IMG/VR virus record: IMGVR_UViG_3300034072_001149
Span: 64,001 to 128,000 of that record
Length of the DNA stretch: 64,000 nucleotides
Origin: a virus
Reading direction: 5' to 3' (one strand)
The notes under the pieces are model-generated. The model saw only the letters and a program-made list of their open reading frames with translations, was not told the DNA's origin and searched no databases. This document shows, one piece after another, positions 48,487 to 57,591 of the stretch (position 1 is the stretch's first letter; the number at the start of each line of letters is the position of its first letter). The position numbers and the translations under genes were made by a program.

Positions 48487-49116
48487 ATGCTGTATCCCAA
48501 TATGATATACTCAATATACAGGATAACTCACCAGTTTCGCAATAAAGTTTATTTGGGTTACACCAGTTTAACAGCCGAACAGCGATTTGACCTGCATGTC
48601 ATGGATTCAAAGAGAGGCAGCAATAGCTACCTGCATCGCGCTATAGCCAAATATGGTCGAGAAGCATTTGTAATCGAGACGATCTATCAGTCCAAAGACC
48701 GAGATTTTACCCTAGAAGTCATGGAACCTTGGTTCATTTCTGAACATCGTAAAGCTGGAATTGAACTTTACAATATTCAGGACGGTGGAAGAGGCTACAA
48801 GAACAATCCTCGATCCAAATCGGTTGAGCTGTATGATGCTGACTTAGTTCTAGTCGAGACTTTACCAAGCCAGTCATCAGCCGCACGCCGTCTGTCCTGT
48901 AATCTTTCAACAGTTATACAAGCCTGTAGGAATGCAGATTCTGGAAAAGCATCGCGCCTAAAAGACTATTGGGTGTGCTTTGCTGGATCCAAACCAGTTA
49001 AAAAGGACACTTCTTACCTTCTGGAAAGAAACAATCGTATCAAACCATTTTTAGGCAAGAAGCGTCCTGATCAAAGCGTTAGGATGATGGGTAATCAATA
49101 CGCTCGGAAGAAATAA
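48487..49116 (+). CDS. GIY-YIG homing endonuclease (Seg-like) with NUMOD-type DNA-binding tail
   Basis: SIYRIT..NKVYLGYT...RF..H, E..FI and YN; antisense to its neighbours. Confidence 0.85.
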   Translation: MLYPNMIYSIYRITHQFRNKVYLGYTSLTAEQRFDLHVMDSKRGSNSYLHRAIAKYGREAFVIETIYQSKDRDFTLEVMEPWFISEHRKAGIELYNIQDGGRGYKNNPRSKSVELYDADLVLVETLPSQSSAARRLSCNLSTVIQACRNADSGKASRLKDYWVCFAGSKPVKKDTSYLLERNNRIKPFLGKKRPDQSVRMMGNQYARKK

Positions 49117-49992
49117 TCACTTACCGATACAGTTTCCGAATACCCATGTGTGAACCCTTGCTGCTACACTGTAACCACGTTCGACTGCCTGTTCAGCAAT
49201 CTTCGCCTGGTGGCTTTCCTGCATTTCACGATCAGCCCCAACGGGCATGATCCAAACGTCCCAATTGATACCGGCCTCACGATAAAGGTCAGTAGCTCTC
49301 GCGACTTCGTCCCAGTTGCGATCAGTGCCGTTACAGACATACTTTAGGTGACCAGCGTCGCTGATTGCCTTGTATTGTGCTAGAACCTCTGGCTTGATCG
49401 CTTTGTCCCACATCTCACCACTCAAGTAGAGCTTGGGAGATACAGACCAGAACAGCTCGCCTTCGTGATTCACGAAAGTGTTTTCAAAAGCGGGACGAGG
49501 CTTTTGAGTTCCGTTCGTCTCAATGGTAACAAACTTTGGAGTATTGTTACGGAGGGCAAAATTCTCCATTACATCCACGATAGCAGTCTGGCTCATCATA
49601 GGTTCACCGCCGGTGAATGCCATGTGGTGCCACTGCTTGGAGGTGGGATGAAGAAACTTACCACCTGGTAGAGTTGCTTCAATCTTATCACAGATCTCAG
49701 CAGCCGTGCTCTGGTGAGCTAGAGCACTGAACTTCTTGGCCCAGGAATAGCTGGAATCACAGCCACGATGGAAAACCGGGAGGGCTTCCATGGACTTGTA
49801 TTCCGATGGATCAATCTTTTCAAAATCTAGGTTCCATGTCTCTGGTTTGTCTGGGAACTCTTGACCAAAACCAGAACAAGAGAAGTTACAGCCCCATACC
49901 CTTAGCCAAACTGTAGGCCTACCCGTATAAGTCCCCTCTCCTTGAAAAGTCTGACCAAAGATCTCGGAATACCGATACTTCTTTTCTGTCAT
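49117..49992 (-). CDS. queE: 7-carboxy-7-deazaguanine synthase (radical SAM)
   Basis: SEIF.TFQGEG..TG, R..GCNFSC...CDS, TGGEP, IETNGT, SPK and RVH. Confidence 0.9.
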   Translation of the reverse strand: MTEKKYRYSEIFGQTFQGEGTYTGRPTVWLRVWGCNFSCSGFGQEFPDKPETWNLDFEKIDPSEYKSMEALPVFHRGCDSSYSWAKKFSALAHQSTAAEICDKIEATLPGGKFLHPTSKQWHHMAFTGGEPMMSQTAIVDVMENFALRNNTPKFVTIETNGTQKPRPAFENTFVNHEGELFWSVSPKLYLSGEMWDKAIKPEVLAQYKAISDAGHLKYVCNGTDRNWDEVARATDLYREAGINWDVWIMPVGADREMQESHQAKIAEQAVERGYSVAARVHTWVFGNCIGK

Positions 49993-50633
49993 TTCGTTAT
50001 CTCCTCGAACCTGGTACCGTTAAGATCAAGATTCTTTCGTAATCGGTAATTCAGGATATCATATGTTATACCAAATTTATAACAAACCTGGCGTTTAGAT
50101 TCAAAATCTTCCTGGTGACCATCTGAAAAGATTACTCGTATTGCCTTCATACTCTTTTCAGTTCTAAGTCTTTGAAAACGCTTTGCAGATTCGATTTGCT
50201 TTTCTGTAAAGGCAAATCTACGACTTGGATTATTGTCACCGGCCATCTTTGAAGCCACTCGATCGTAACCTGCTCTTGCAGCATTAGTGCTACGGTCACC
50301 GTTACCCTTCATGCGGGAAGTATCTTTGACCTTCCAAGTGCGCCCCACTTTGCCAGAACCACCTCCCATGCCATCTTCTTCTCGGAGGTTGGCCCAATCG
50401 TCGCTTTCAACTACGTTCCACAACTTAGAATAGAACAAGCCAGCAGCCCTCAGATCTTCAAGCGTTTCACACTTGCATACTACCCAAGTCACAATATGTG
50501 GTCGATGCAGTCTTAGATGGTTCAGCCATCGTTTACCGGATCCTTTATAGGAATACGGGTCTTTTAGGCTAGTTTGACATAGGTACATCAAACCTGTTGG
50601 ATAGGTCTTTTTAACCATTAGGAAATAAGTCAA
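49989..50633 (-). CDS. Divergent GIY-YIG-like homing endonuclease
   Basis: YFLMVK...TGLMYLCQT...YKGSGKRW..H...WANL..E. Confidence 0.65.
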   Translation of the reverse strand: MTYFLMVKKTYPTGLMYLCQTSLKDPYSYKGSGKRWLNHLRLHRPHIVTWVVCKCETLEDLRAAGLFYSKLWNVVESDDWANLREEDGMGGGSGKVGRTWKVKDTSRMKGNGDRSTNAARAGYDRVASKMAGDNNPSRRFAFTEKQIESAKRFQRLRTEKSMKAIRVIFSDGHQEDFESKRQVCYKFGITYDILNYRLRKNLDLNGTRFEEITK

Positions 50634-51028
50634 GGTAGTGGAGGAACCCCATAGTTGATAATATCATCTAAATATTGCGATTTTCTAAGAGTCGTTGGTC
50701 CAAATTTCGAAAGTTCCTTTAAAAGATCACCTAGCTCTTCCTCTAACTCATTAGATGCCCTAACATGATCAAAGCCGATCATCGCATATGATATTTTATC
50801 ATAGTTTGAAAAGAAAGGCTTATTCTTGATGGTATTATGCTGTGTTTGACAATAGTCAATCTTCTTTATCAACCTAGCTGTAGACTTGAAGCTAGGAAGA
50901 GACAGAGAAGTTTGGACGACTGCTTGGTTTACATTTCCTAGTTGTAAACAATTCAGATTAGATATGAGTTTTAGCTCATTTAGTAAAAAAACTTCAAAAA
51001 TATCCGGCTGGCTCATGCTTTCCACCAT
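50630..51028 (-). CDS. Hypothetical protein
   Basis: Packed, AT-rich ORF. Confidence 0.5.
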   Translation of the reverse strand: MVESMSQPDIFEVFLLNELKLISNLNCLQLGNVNQAVVQTSLSLPSFKSTARLIKKIDYCQTQHNTIKNKPFFSNYDKISYAMIGFDHVRASNELEEELGDLLKELSKFGPTTLRKSQYLDDIINYGVPPLP

Positions 51029-51522
51029 TCCTCGTAGGGGAAGCAGACCCAGCGCTCGTCTTCAGCACGGGAGATCTCTCGACCCACATAATCTGCTTCA
51101 AAAATGTCCTGGCTGACGTTGTTCCACAACACCGCTACCTTGAACCGGTCTTCCCAGTTTTCCAAAGGCAGATTGGACGGCCCACTCAGGTTCACCAAAT
51201 CAGCAACCTCATCAGCTACTTTACGCAGAGTCTCACCAGAATCGCAAATATCATCTACCAGAAGGACACTTTGTCCTTCCTTGATACGACGAGCGACATC
51301 TGAAATTTCACTTACGTGGCTAACCATGTTGTCACGCAGGCTATAGTTGATAGTCTGGAGAGGCTTGCCTAGATAGTGGCTCAGCATGGTCGCGGGAACC
51401 AGTCCCCCACGAGCGATGCCTACTACCACATCTGGTTTGAAATCACCAACATTCATCTGACGAATGATCTCCTGGAGATCACCACGCATCTGCTCATTGG
51501 TGTAAATGATCTTGTTGGGCAT
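51013..51522 (-). CDS. Type I phosphoribosyltransferase (Gpt/Xpt-like)
   Basis: VVGIARGGLVPA, PRPP motif VLLVDDICDSGET and WVCFPYE. Confidence 0.88.
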   Translation of the reverse strand: MPNKIIYTNEQMRGDLQEIIRQMNVGDFKPDVVVGIARGGLVPATMLSHYLGKPLQTINYSLRDNMVSHVSEISDVARRIKEGQSVLLVDDICDSGETLRKVADEVADLVNLSGPSNLPLENWEDRFKVAVLWNNVSQDIFEADYVGREISRAEDERWVCFPYEEWWKA

Positions 51523-51538
51523 AACGCACCTCGCTGAA

Positions 51539-51570
51539 AATACTGGTGTGGAACTAACCACACCAGTATT
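51539..51570. terminator. Hairpin / terminator between folE and the PRTase gene
   Basis: AATACTGGTGTGG-AACTAA-CCACACCAGTATT. Confidence 0.55.
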
Positions 51571-51577
51571 CTATATC

Positions 51578-52312
51578 TTAGGAGTGGCCCTTCATGCTCA
51601 GCATGAGCTTGTAGAACTCGTCCTTGAGGTGCGGTTCATCACGGAACTTGCCGCGCATGATCGCAGTCGTCATGTCAGACTCATGTTCCTTAACACCACG
51701 ATGTGTCATACAGTGATGTTCTGCTTTTAGAACAACCGCAACATTCTCGGTCTCAGCATAACGAACCAGTTCGTCAGCAATCTGAGTTGTCATTTCTTCC
51801 TGGATTTGTGGACGTTCCGCAATCCAGTGAACAATGCGATTGAACTTCGAGAGTCCAATGACCTTGTCCTCAGGGAAGATACCAACCCAGCAGCGACCCA
51901 CAATGTTCTGGAAGTGATGAGCACAGGTCGAACGAATCGAGATCGGACCAGCAGTGTAGAGGTCCTGGTAGCCTACGTTGGGGAACGAAGTAATCTTTGG
52001 TGCCGCGACATAGCGACCACCATAGGTTTCGTTGACATACATCTTGGCAACTCGACGAGCGGTGCCATTAGTGTTGTGATCGTGGTCAGTGTCGATGACT
52101 AGGCTACGGAGAACTGCTTCCATCTTTTCGGTGACTTCGTCAACCAGTAGAGCGCGCTCTTCATCAGTGATGAACTTTGCGATATTGTCATTACAATGAA
52201 ACTGCTGACCGGCTTCAATGAGGCGCGCACGGATCTTCTCAGAAACGGGAACCTCTTGCCCATGGGCGCAATCGTTGGAACCACAGCCCGTGGTAAGTTT
52301 GGTATCGGACAT
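51578..52312 (-). CDS. folE: GTP cyclohydrolase I
   Basis: TARRVAKMY, STCAHH, GLSKFNR, RPQIQE and HHCMTHRGV. Confidence 0.95.
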   Translation of the reverse strand: MSDTKLTTGCGSNDCAHGQEVPVSEKIRARLIEAGQQFHCNDNIAKFITDEERALLVDEVTEKMEAVLRSLVIDTDHDHNTNGTARRVAKMYVNETYGGRYVAAPKITSFPNVGYQDLYTAGPISIRSTCAHHFQNIVGRCWVGIFPEDKVIGLSKFNRIVHWIAERPQIQEEMTTQIADELVRYAETENVAVVLKAEHHCMTHRGVKEHESDMTTAIMRGKFRDEPHLKDEFYKLMLSMKGHS

Positions 52313-52383
52313 TAACTGTCTCTCCTTATTTTGTTTGTTCTACACTCTACTTAGAATTGGGTACAGTGTCAATTTATAGGGTT

Positions 52384-52809
52384 TTAATAACTACTCAATT
52401 TGAACATCACCGCTCTGGCTTTGAGAAACCGCGCGAAGTCTTCATGATCCTCAAAGCAAATGGACAAATGCCCTCTAGCCCAATCAATTTCTCTGGCTTT
52501 ATGACTTTGAAGAGCAGAAACAGGCGGACCTCCGGTGGCAGGCAAAGCATAGGTTGAGATAGCGTATAGACCCACGTTATTCTCATCACAAAACTTACGA
52601 ATATCCTTTGTGAAGTCTTCCCACATTCTGACTGTTAGAAGTTCTCTATTGTCAGTAACATGGGCTTCAAAAGAAGCGGAGGCATGAATTATCGCACGAT
52701 TTCTCATCATGTTGGCATACAGATCCGTCCCAGGAAGCACGCCAGACATAGGAATTTCTTTGGGAAGCTTGACATCAGTTATAGTCAATTCAATCAAAGT
52801 AGTTTTCAT
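52384..52809 (-). CDS. FKLxW-related protein
   Basis: ICFEDHEDFARFLKARAVMFKL. Confidence 0.6.
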   Translation of the reverse strand: MKTTLIELTITDVKLPKEIPMSGVLPGTDLYANMMRNRAIIHASASFEAHVTDNRELLTVRMWEDFTKDIRKFCDENNVGLYAISTYALPATGGPPVSALQSHKAREIDWARGHLSICFEDHEDFARFLKARAVMFKLSSY

Positions 52810-53216
52810 AGTGAAAGCCTCAGCATGGTGCCTTGTTCCTTGAGCCAGAGTTCAAGGTCTTCTCGGCGCTCAAACAACAGATCCATGTCATACAAATACC
52901 TGTCAGTTGGTCCTTTCATATGACCTTTGATCTTCCAAGACCAATAACCCTCTAATCGAGTATCACAGAAATTTTTGATACTTTCACGTATCTCTGCCCA
53001 CTCAGAAGTTTTCCTGGTTGAATTGCCACAGGAAAACCTAAGTTCAACTCTGTTGAGGTGGAAGGCAACACCTAGGTCTTTGAATTCCTTGCGAAGCTTG
53101 ACCGAGGTTTCTACCCGATTTAGCTTTCCAAAAGTCTCATCCAACGTGATATCAAAGACGATATCACGATCAATGAATTTACTATGTCGGATCGAATGAC
53201 AAATTACTGTAGTCAT
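52806..53216 (-). CDS. FKLxW-related protein
   Basis: FCDTRLEGYW...LFERREDLELWLK..MLRL. Confidence 0.6.
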   Translation of the reverse strand: MTTVICHSIRHSKFIDRDIVFDITLDETFGKLNRVETSVKLRKEFKDLGVAFHLNRVELRFSCGNSTRKTSEWAEIRESIKNFCDTRLEGYWSWKIKGHMKGPTDRYLYDMDLLFERREDLELWLKEQGTMLRLSL

Positions 53217-53593
53217 GGAACACTCAATTTGACAAGGACGGCACAATCGCGAATGAATAGAATGAGATCATCCTCATGCTCAAACATGAATTTTATCTTC
53301 AGTTCGTTACCAGGTAGATCGGCCTCTACCTCATCTTCATTGTCCCAGACTGTCCAAAATCCAGCGCAATTGTTATCACACCACTCTTCCATCTTACAGA
53401 AGATCTCGGTGTATTCGGCGGTGGCTTCCTCGATTGGCTTGCCGCCCTCTTTGACCTTGTTGACTGTGATAGTAATGAGGAACATATTCCGCTGAAACTT
53501 TAGGTAGAGGTCAGACCACTCTGATCTGACCTCCCCAGCGGAATTATTGCCTAAAAACATATCATTGTATCGGATCTGGCGGCAACGCCGCAT
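53213..53593 (-). CDS. FKLxW-related protein
   Basis: WCDNNCAGFW...MFEHEDDLILFIR...VKL; start uncertain. Confidence 0.55.
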   Translation of the reverse strand: MRRCRQIRYNDMFLGNNSAGEVRSEWSDLYLKFQRNMFLITITVNKVKEGGKPIEEATAEYTEIFCKMEEWCDNNCAGFWTVWDNEDEVEADLPGNELKIKFMFEHEDDLILFIRDCAVLVKLSVP

Positions 53594-53609
53594 CTGATTG
53601 ATTTTGATT

Positions 53610-54752
53610 TCAGCCAGCATAGCGATACTGCTCGCCTTGACCCAGAAGAATATCAATAGTGCGGTCAATAGTCTGATGCTGATCATCAGCAGCATACCAA
53701 ACTTCACTATCATCTAGGCTGGTAAGCAGATAATCCATCTTCTTGATAGCATCTTCAACTGACCAAGGCACGTATAGGTGCTTGGCCGAATTGTTGAGAG
53801 CCTGTGGGAAACTGCGGAAAGCAGGACATAGGCTCAGAGTGCCTAGTGCTGATGCTTCGTTCAAAGTGTTGCTCTGCCAATCCTGACGAGCACAATTGAA
53901 TTGAAGCTGCGAGTCGGCGAGGATGTCATAATACTCGGACTTCTTCAGCCCTTCCTTGATAACCAGTTTGCCATCAGCTTCAAGTTGACGAGCACGGTCG
54001 ATATACTGCTGATGAGTTGATCGCAGCGCCTTGGCACCGGTTAGGATCCAAAACTCGTATCCACGTTCCACAAAATCGCTATTCTCGATGAGATCCATGA
54101 AGAAATCAGGCTGTTTTTCGTGGTCAAAGCGGGAAGTATAGACAATACGCTTTTTACGCTCATTAAGGGGTCTGAGAGCTTCTAGGCCACCAACGCGACT
54201 ACGAACTTCCTCACGGTCAAATGGCAAGCCAGTGACGTAAAGAGGGGCTTCTAGAAGTGCGATTCTCATATGAGGGCCCATTTCAGTGTTGGCCATCAAG
54301 ATACCATCACAGGTCTTACTTACTAGCTGCTCGAAATCACGCATCCAATTACGCCATGGGAATACAAAGTCATCAGGGTCAATTGACTGTGCGAGATTGC
54401 GAGTAAAGACCTTGGGCTTCATATGAGCAGGAAGCTGCTCCATGATATACGGAAGACTCTCATAACCTGGCTGGAATAGATCTTCGCTGAAGATCACATC
54501 ATTGCCAGTAATTTCACCGGACTCCATGAGGCGAACCAGTTCAGCCATCTGAGTCATTGACCAATAGCAACGACCATGGGCATCTAGAACCTGGCCGGTC
54601 TTGATGTCCTTGTCCTCACGAAGAGTTCTTCCATGAACCGTGAGGAATGGAACGCCGCGCTCCTTGAACCTACTTTCGTTCCAGTCCTTTAGCTGAAGAG
54701 TGTAGCGCTCTTCATACATTTCTAGGGGTAGATAAATGATTCTTTTGGTCAT
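53610..54752 (-). CDS. GT-B glycosyltransferase (GT4-like), possibly DNA-modifying
   Basis: YTSRFDHEKQPDFF, EYYDILADS, QDW..NTLNEA...P..RSFP; lies in the que cluster. Confidence 0.75.
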   Translation of the reverse strand: MTKRIIYLPLEMYEERYTLQLKDWNESRFKERGVPFLTVHGRTLREDKDIKTGQVLDAHGRCYWSMTQMAELVRLMESGEITGNDVIFSEDLFQPGYESLPYIMEQLPAHMKPKVFTRNLAQSIDPDDFVFPWRNWMRDFEQLVSKTCDGILMANTEMGPHMRIALLEAPLYVTGLPFDREEVRSRVGGLEALRPLNERKKRIVYTSRFDHEKQPDFFMDLIENSDFVERGYEFWILTGAKALRSTHQQYIDRARQLEADGKLVIKEGLKKSEYYDILADSQLQFNCARQDWQSNTLNEASALGTLSLCPAFRSFPQALNNSAKHLYVPWSVEDAIKKMDYLLTSLDDSEVWYAADDQHQTIDRTIDILLGQGEQYRYAG

Positions 54753-54764
54753 ATAGGCCTTTCT

Positions 54765-55310
54765 ATGTCCAAGAGATTTCCCAACACCGGCGTCAGGTCG
54801 TCTACGGACGAATTTGTAGCAAAAGCTATAACAGTTCACGGCACTAAATTCAATTATTCTGGTGTCTTATATGTGAATGCTAAAACTAAGGTAGAAATAG
54901 GCTGTTCTGTTCACGGACCATTCCTCCAACGTCCGAATGATCACCTGAGCGGAGTAGGTTGTGGTCGATGTGGCCAACAGGTGGCTAACGCTACTCGTCG
55001 ACAAAAAGGAATAATCAGTCTAGATCCCAAAGCAATCGATGTTTATCGCCGTCGTGTTAGGCATCTCAGTCTAAAGACCTACGAGAAACACTATCAGCTA
55101 ATCAATCCCCTGGGATTGCCTAGGGGGAATGATTTTCATCTTGATCACAAATTATCCATCGTAGATGGATTCAATGCTGGTATATCTGAGGGGATAATGA
55201 GTAGCTGGCAAAATCTTACAATCTTACCTGCTAATCAAAATCGTTCCAAATCAAGCAAATCTAGTATCTCTGTTGATGAGTTGGTGAAACTTATAACCAC
55301 GTCAACTTGA
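54765..55310 (+). CDS. HNH homing endonuclease with N-terminal Zn-ribbon (DUF723-like)
   Basis: VHG..Y..V.Y....KV.I.C..HG.F.Q.P..HL.G.GC..C and HLDH...NL...P...N..K; antisense insertion. Confidence 0.75.
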   Translation: MSKRFPNTGVRSSTDEFVAKAITVHGTKFNYSGVLYVNAKTKVEIGCSVHGPFLQRPNDHLSGVGCGRCGQQVANATRRQKGIISLDPKAIDVYRRRVRHLSLKTYEKHYQLINPLGLPRGNDFHLDHKLSIVDGFNAGISEGIMSSWQNLTILPANQNRSKSSKSSISVDELVKLITTST

Positions 55311-55548
55311 ATAGCGTGGCCTTTCTGATATCTTCAATATAGATGTAGCAAGCTAGTATCTTTACCTTGGTTTCAGGGGATTCATTCGTGCTGAAGAAAT
55401 CAGATATTTCTTCATATACAACCTGGAAATCGTATTCAATTTCCAGGTCGTTGAACCACTGAATTACATCATCTGTCAATCTTGGTTCAAAAAACTGATG
55501 GTCTTGGATCCAAGAACATGGCTTACTAAAATCCGCTTTGAAGATCAT
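55291..55548 (-). CDS. FKLxW-family small protein
   Basis: IEDIRKATLFKLTW. Confidence 0.65.
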   Translation of the reverse strand: MIFKADFSKPCSWIQDHQFFEPRLTDDVIQWFNDLEIEYDFQVVYEEISDFFSTNESPETKVKILACYIYIEDIRKATLFKLTWL

Positions 55549-55916
55549 GCCTTGACAGGGTATTCCGCAAAGCTTCCATTTTCGCCATCTTCACTGACTT
55601 CAATTGTGATATGACGTCCTGGATATTTCGCGGCAATCTGCGCATACAGATCGTCACTTATCATTTCACAGCTCTTGTAATCAAGCTGTAGGGTTCCCTC
55701 GTTATAGAGTCCTTCAAGCCATCTCTTGAACTGGATAAACTCCAGATCACGATCATCATGAAAAACCTCAATCCACACTTTGAAGTGAAAGATATGGCGA
55801 TGTGGATAGCCCAAGAAACTAACATCAGCTAGGTTGGGATCCGTGAGGGCTGCGGGATATTTGTGGATTCCCTCTTTTTGAAAAGAGATCCAGATCATTT
55901 TGAAATTTTCGGTCAT
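55545..55916 (-). CDS. QueD-like (PTPS / T-fold) protein
   Basis: EGIH, HRHIFHF, DRDLEF, SCE and VSEDGENG; clusters with folE and queE. Confidence 0.7.
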   Translation of the reverse strand: MTENFKMIWISFQKEGIHKYPAALTDPNLADVSFLGYPHRHIFHFKVWIEVFHDDRDLEFIQFKRWLEGLYNEGTLQLDYKSCEMISDDLYAQIAAKYPGRHITIEVSEDGENGSFAEYPVKA

Positions 55917-55952
55917 ATCTTGTTCTAACAGAACTGGTGACCAGAAATCAAA

Positions 55953-56207
55953 TTACATCCATGTCAACTTGAACATCATAGCCAGGCGCGGATCATCAAT
56001 AACCAGATCGACTTTCCACTGACTGCGAATCCGCAGGCTGTATTCCATGCCATGTTGTCGCACCCAATCGTCAATATCATCATTCAGGAGAACGGCAATA
56101 TCTCGATGATCTTCGGGGTAAGAACGCCCATAGTGGATACGACAAAGGGGTTTAAGACCCACCTCTCTACCCATCTGAGTACCAATTATAAATCTTACTT
56201 TTTCCAA
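55953..56207 (-). CDS. FKLxW-family small protein
   Basis: IDDPRLAMMFKLTW. Confidence 0.65.
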   Translation of the reverse strand: MEKVRFIIGTQMGREVGLKPLCRIHYGRSYPEDHRDIAVLLNDDIDDWVRQHGMEYSLRIRSQWKVDLVIDDPRLAMMFKLTWM

Positions 56208-56524
56208 ACTGACTTCCTTCTAGTCTTTTGATTTTTCAGCATGAGCTCATCAAACTCATTTCTACTGACTAGATCCAAGTCCCAAGCTAGAATAAAGGTC
56301 CTGGCTGCGACCTTATCCGGGATCACAAAATAGACATCGTTGGTATCTCTAGACCCTTTTGGTGCCTTGTTCAGAAGTATGTACCTTTTATAGGTGATGT
56401 TATTACCAAACAGCCAGGCCAATACCTCGCTATCTATCTCAACCTTCCATTTGTTGATATAATCCATTCTGTCAATCTGCCATCTCCAGCACCGTCGACG
56501 AGCCAGCTTGACTACTACATCCAC
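56195..56524 (-). CDS. FKLxW-related small protein
   Basis: EVLAWL..NNI.Y...IPDKVAARTFILAW; GTG at 56524 preferred because the track's 5' extension overlaps another gene. Confidence 0.5.
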   Translation of the reverse strand: MDVVVKLARRRCWRWQIDRMDYINKWKVEIDSEVLAWLFGNNITYKRYILLNKAPKGSRDTNDVYFVIPDKVAARTFILAWDLDLVSRNEFDELMLKNQKTRRKSVWKK

Positions 56525-56745
56525 CTTAGTTTGAACATCACGGCTTGCTTTCGATCCTTGATCACTAACAGAGCCAGTGAGTCCTTGGGTCTCCATCCCG
56601 GTGGGCAAAAGGTGTAAGCTATCTGATTCTCGGCTAGCCAGTCCATTACTTCTTTTCGAAGCCTGAGCTGCCAACGATCCAGATGTTTCACCATCACTAC
56701 GTGAGTGTGATTGAGCTTGAAGGTTTGATCTGACGTTATGACCAT
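56515..56745 (-). CDS. FKLxW-family small protein
   Basis: EVMDWL.ENQI.Y...IKDRKQAVMFKLRW; ends TAG TAG. Confidence 0.65.
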   Translation of the reverse strand: MVITSDQTFKLNHTHVVMVKHLDRWQLRLRKEVMDWLAENQIAYTFCPPGWRPKDSLALLVIKDRKQAVMFKLRWM

Positions 56746-57011
56746 GTGAGCTTGAACAACATTGCGTGGTCTTTTCGTTCGAATACAACTCGGCTACGTC
56801 CATTGCCTCCAAGCACCAATCTATGAGGGAAGTTCCGATCTAGTAGCCATTTTTCAATGTAATTCTTGAGTTTTCTGGAGCGTTTTTTACGTCCAGTTTT
56901 TGTTTTATCGTCGCAAAAATCCCAATGAATTTTATGATAGAGTTTGATGGTTCGGGTCTTCTCTTCCTCATAAAATTCCCGAGATTTCCATAAGTCAGGC
57001 TTTTCGAGCAT
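56736..57011 (-). CDS. FKLxW-family small protein
   Basis: VFERKDHAMLFKLTW. Confidence 0.65.
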   Translation of the reverse strand: MLEKPDLWKSREFYEEEKTRTIKLYHKIHWDFCDDKTKTGRKKRSRKLKNYIEKWLLDRNFPHRLVLGGNGRSRVVFERKDHAMLFKLTWS

Positions 57012-57591
57012 ATTTGTTCCAAATCATCAGATCAAAATCAGCAACGCTCATTCCACTAGCATCAGCTAGCTTAAGAAATTCCTCCTCAAGCGCTCTATAC
57101 TTGGGTCCAGCAGGCGGTGTCACTTTCTGCGTCGTGAGTCCAAGATCTCTCATGTGACGAATCACATGAGTATCAAGGCACGCAATGCGCTGATCCTTTC
57201 GTGTATGAAGTAGGAAGTATCGAGATGTCTTGGCCCCAACGCCGTGAATCGTTTCCAGTTCAGAAGCTGTTACCTTGGTAAGATCCTTACCAAGGCTTTC
57301 ACGGAAAGCTCGTTCCAGTTTGGTAAACTGGCCCAGTCTAGACTCTTTGATCCGATCTAGAAGAACTCCGCTCGTATCCATGACGCTGACTATTTGGAAC
57401 GGAGTAACAAAGCCAGGAAATTCTTCGCGCCCCTTGCTGAGAAAGGCCTCTAGCGCCTTGGCCTGTTGAACCGCTGTTTTTCCCGCCACCGAGATACAGA
57501 ACAGCCAAAAAAGCTGAAGATCAAAAATGTCACGATCAAATCTTGTGACATCGGTTGGATCTACTAACACGGATCTATTTGAGTAATCCAA
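56995..57591 (-). CDS. HhH DNA glycosylase-like protein (Ogg-like)
   Basis: HhH LETIHGVGAKTSRYFL, LDTHV, Y..LE and DLMIW. Confidence 0.75.
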   Translation of the reverse strand: MDYSNRSVLVDPTDVTRFDRDIFDLQLFWLFCISVAGKTAVQQAKALEAFLSKGREEFPGFVTPFQIVSVMDTSGVLLDRIKESRLGQFTKLERAFRESLGKDLTKVTASELETIHGVGAKTSRYFLLHTRKDQRIACLDTHVIRHMRDLGLTTQKVTPPAGPKYRALEEEFLKLADASGMSVADFDLMIWNKYARKA

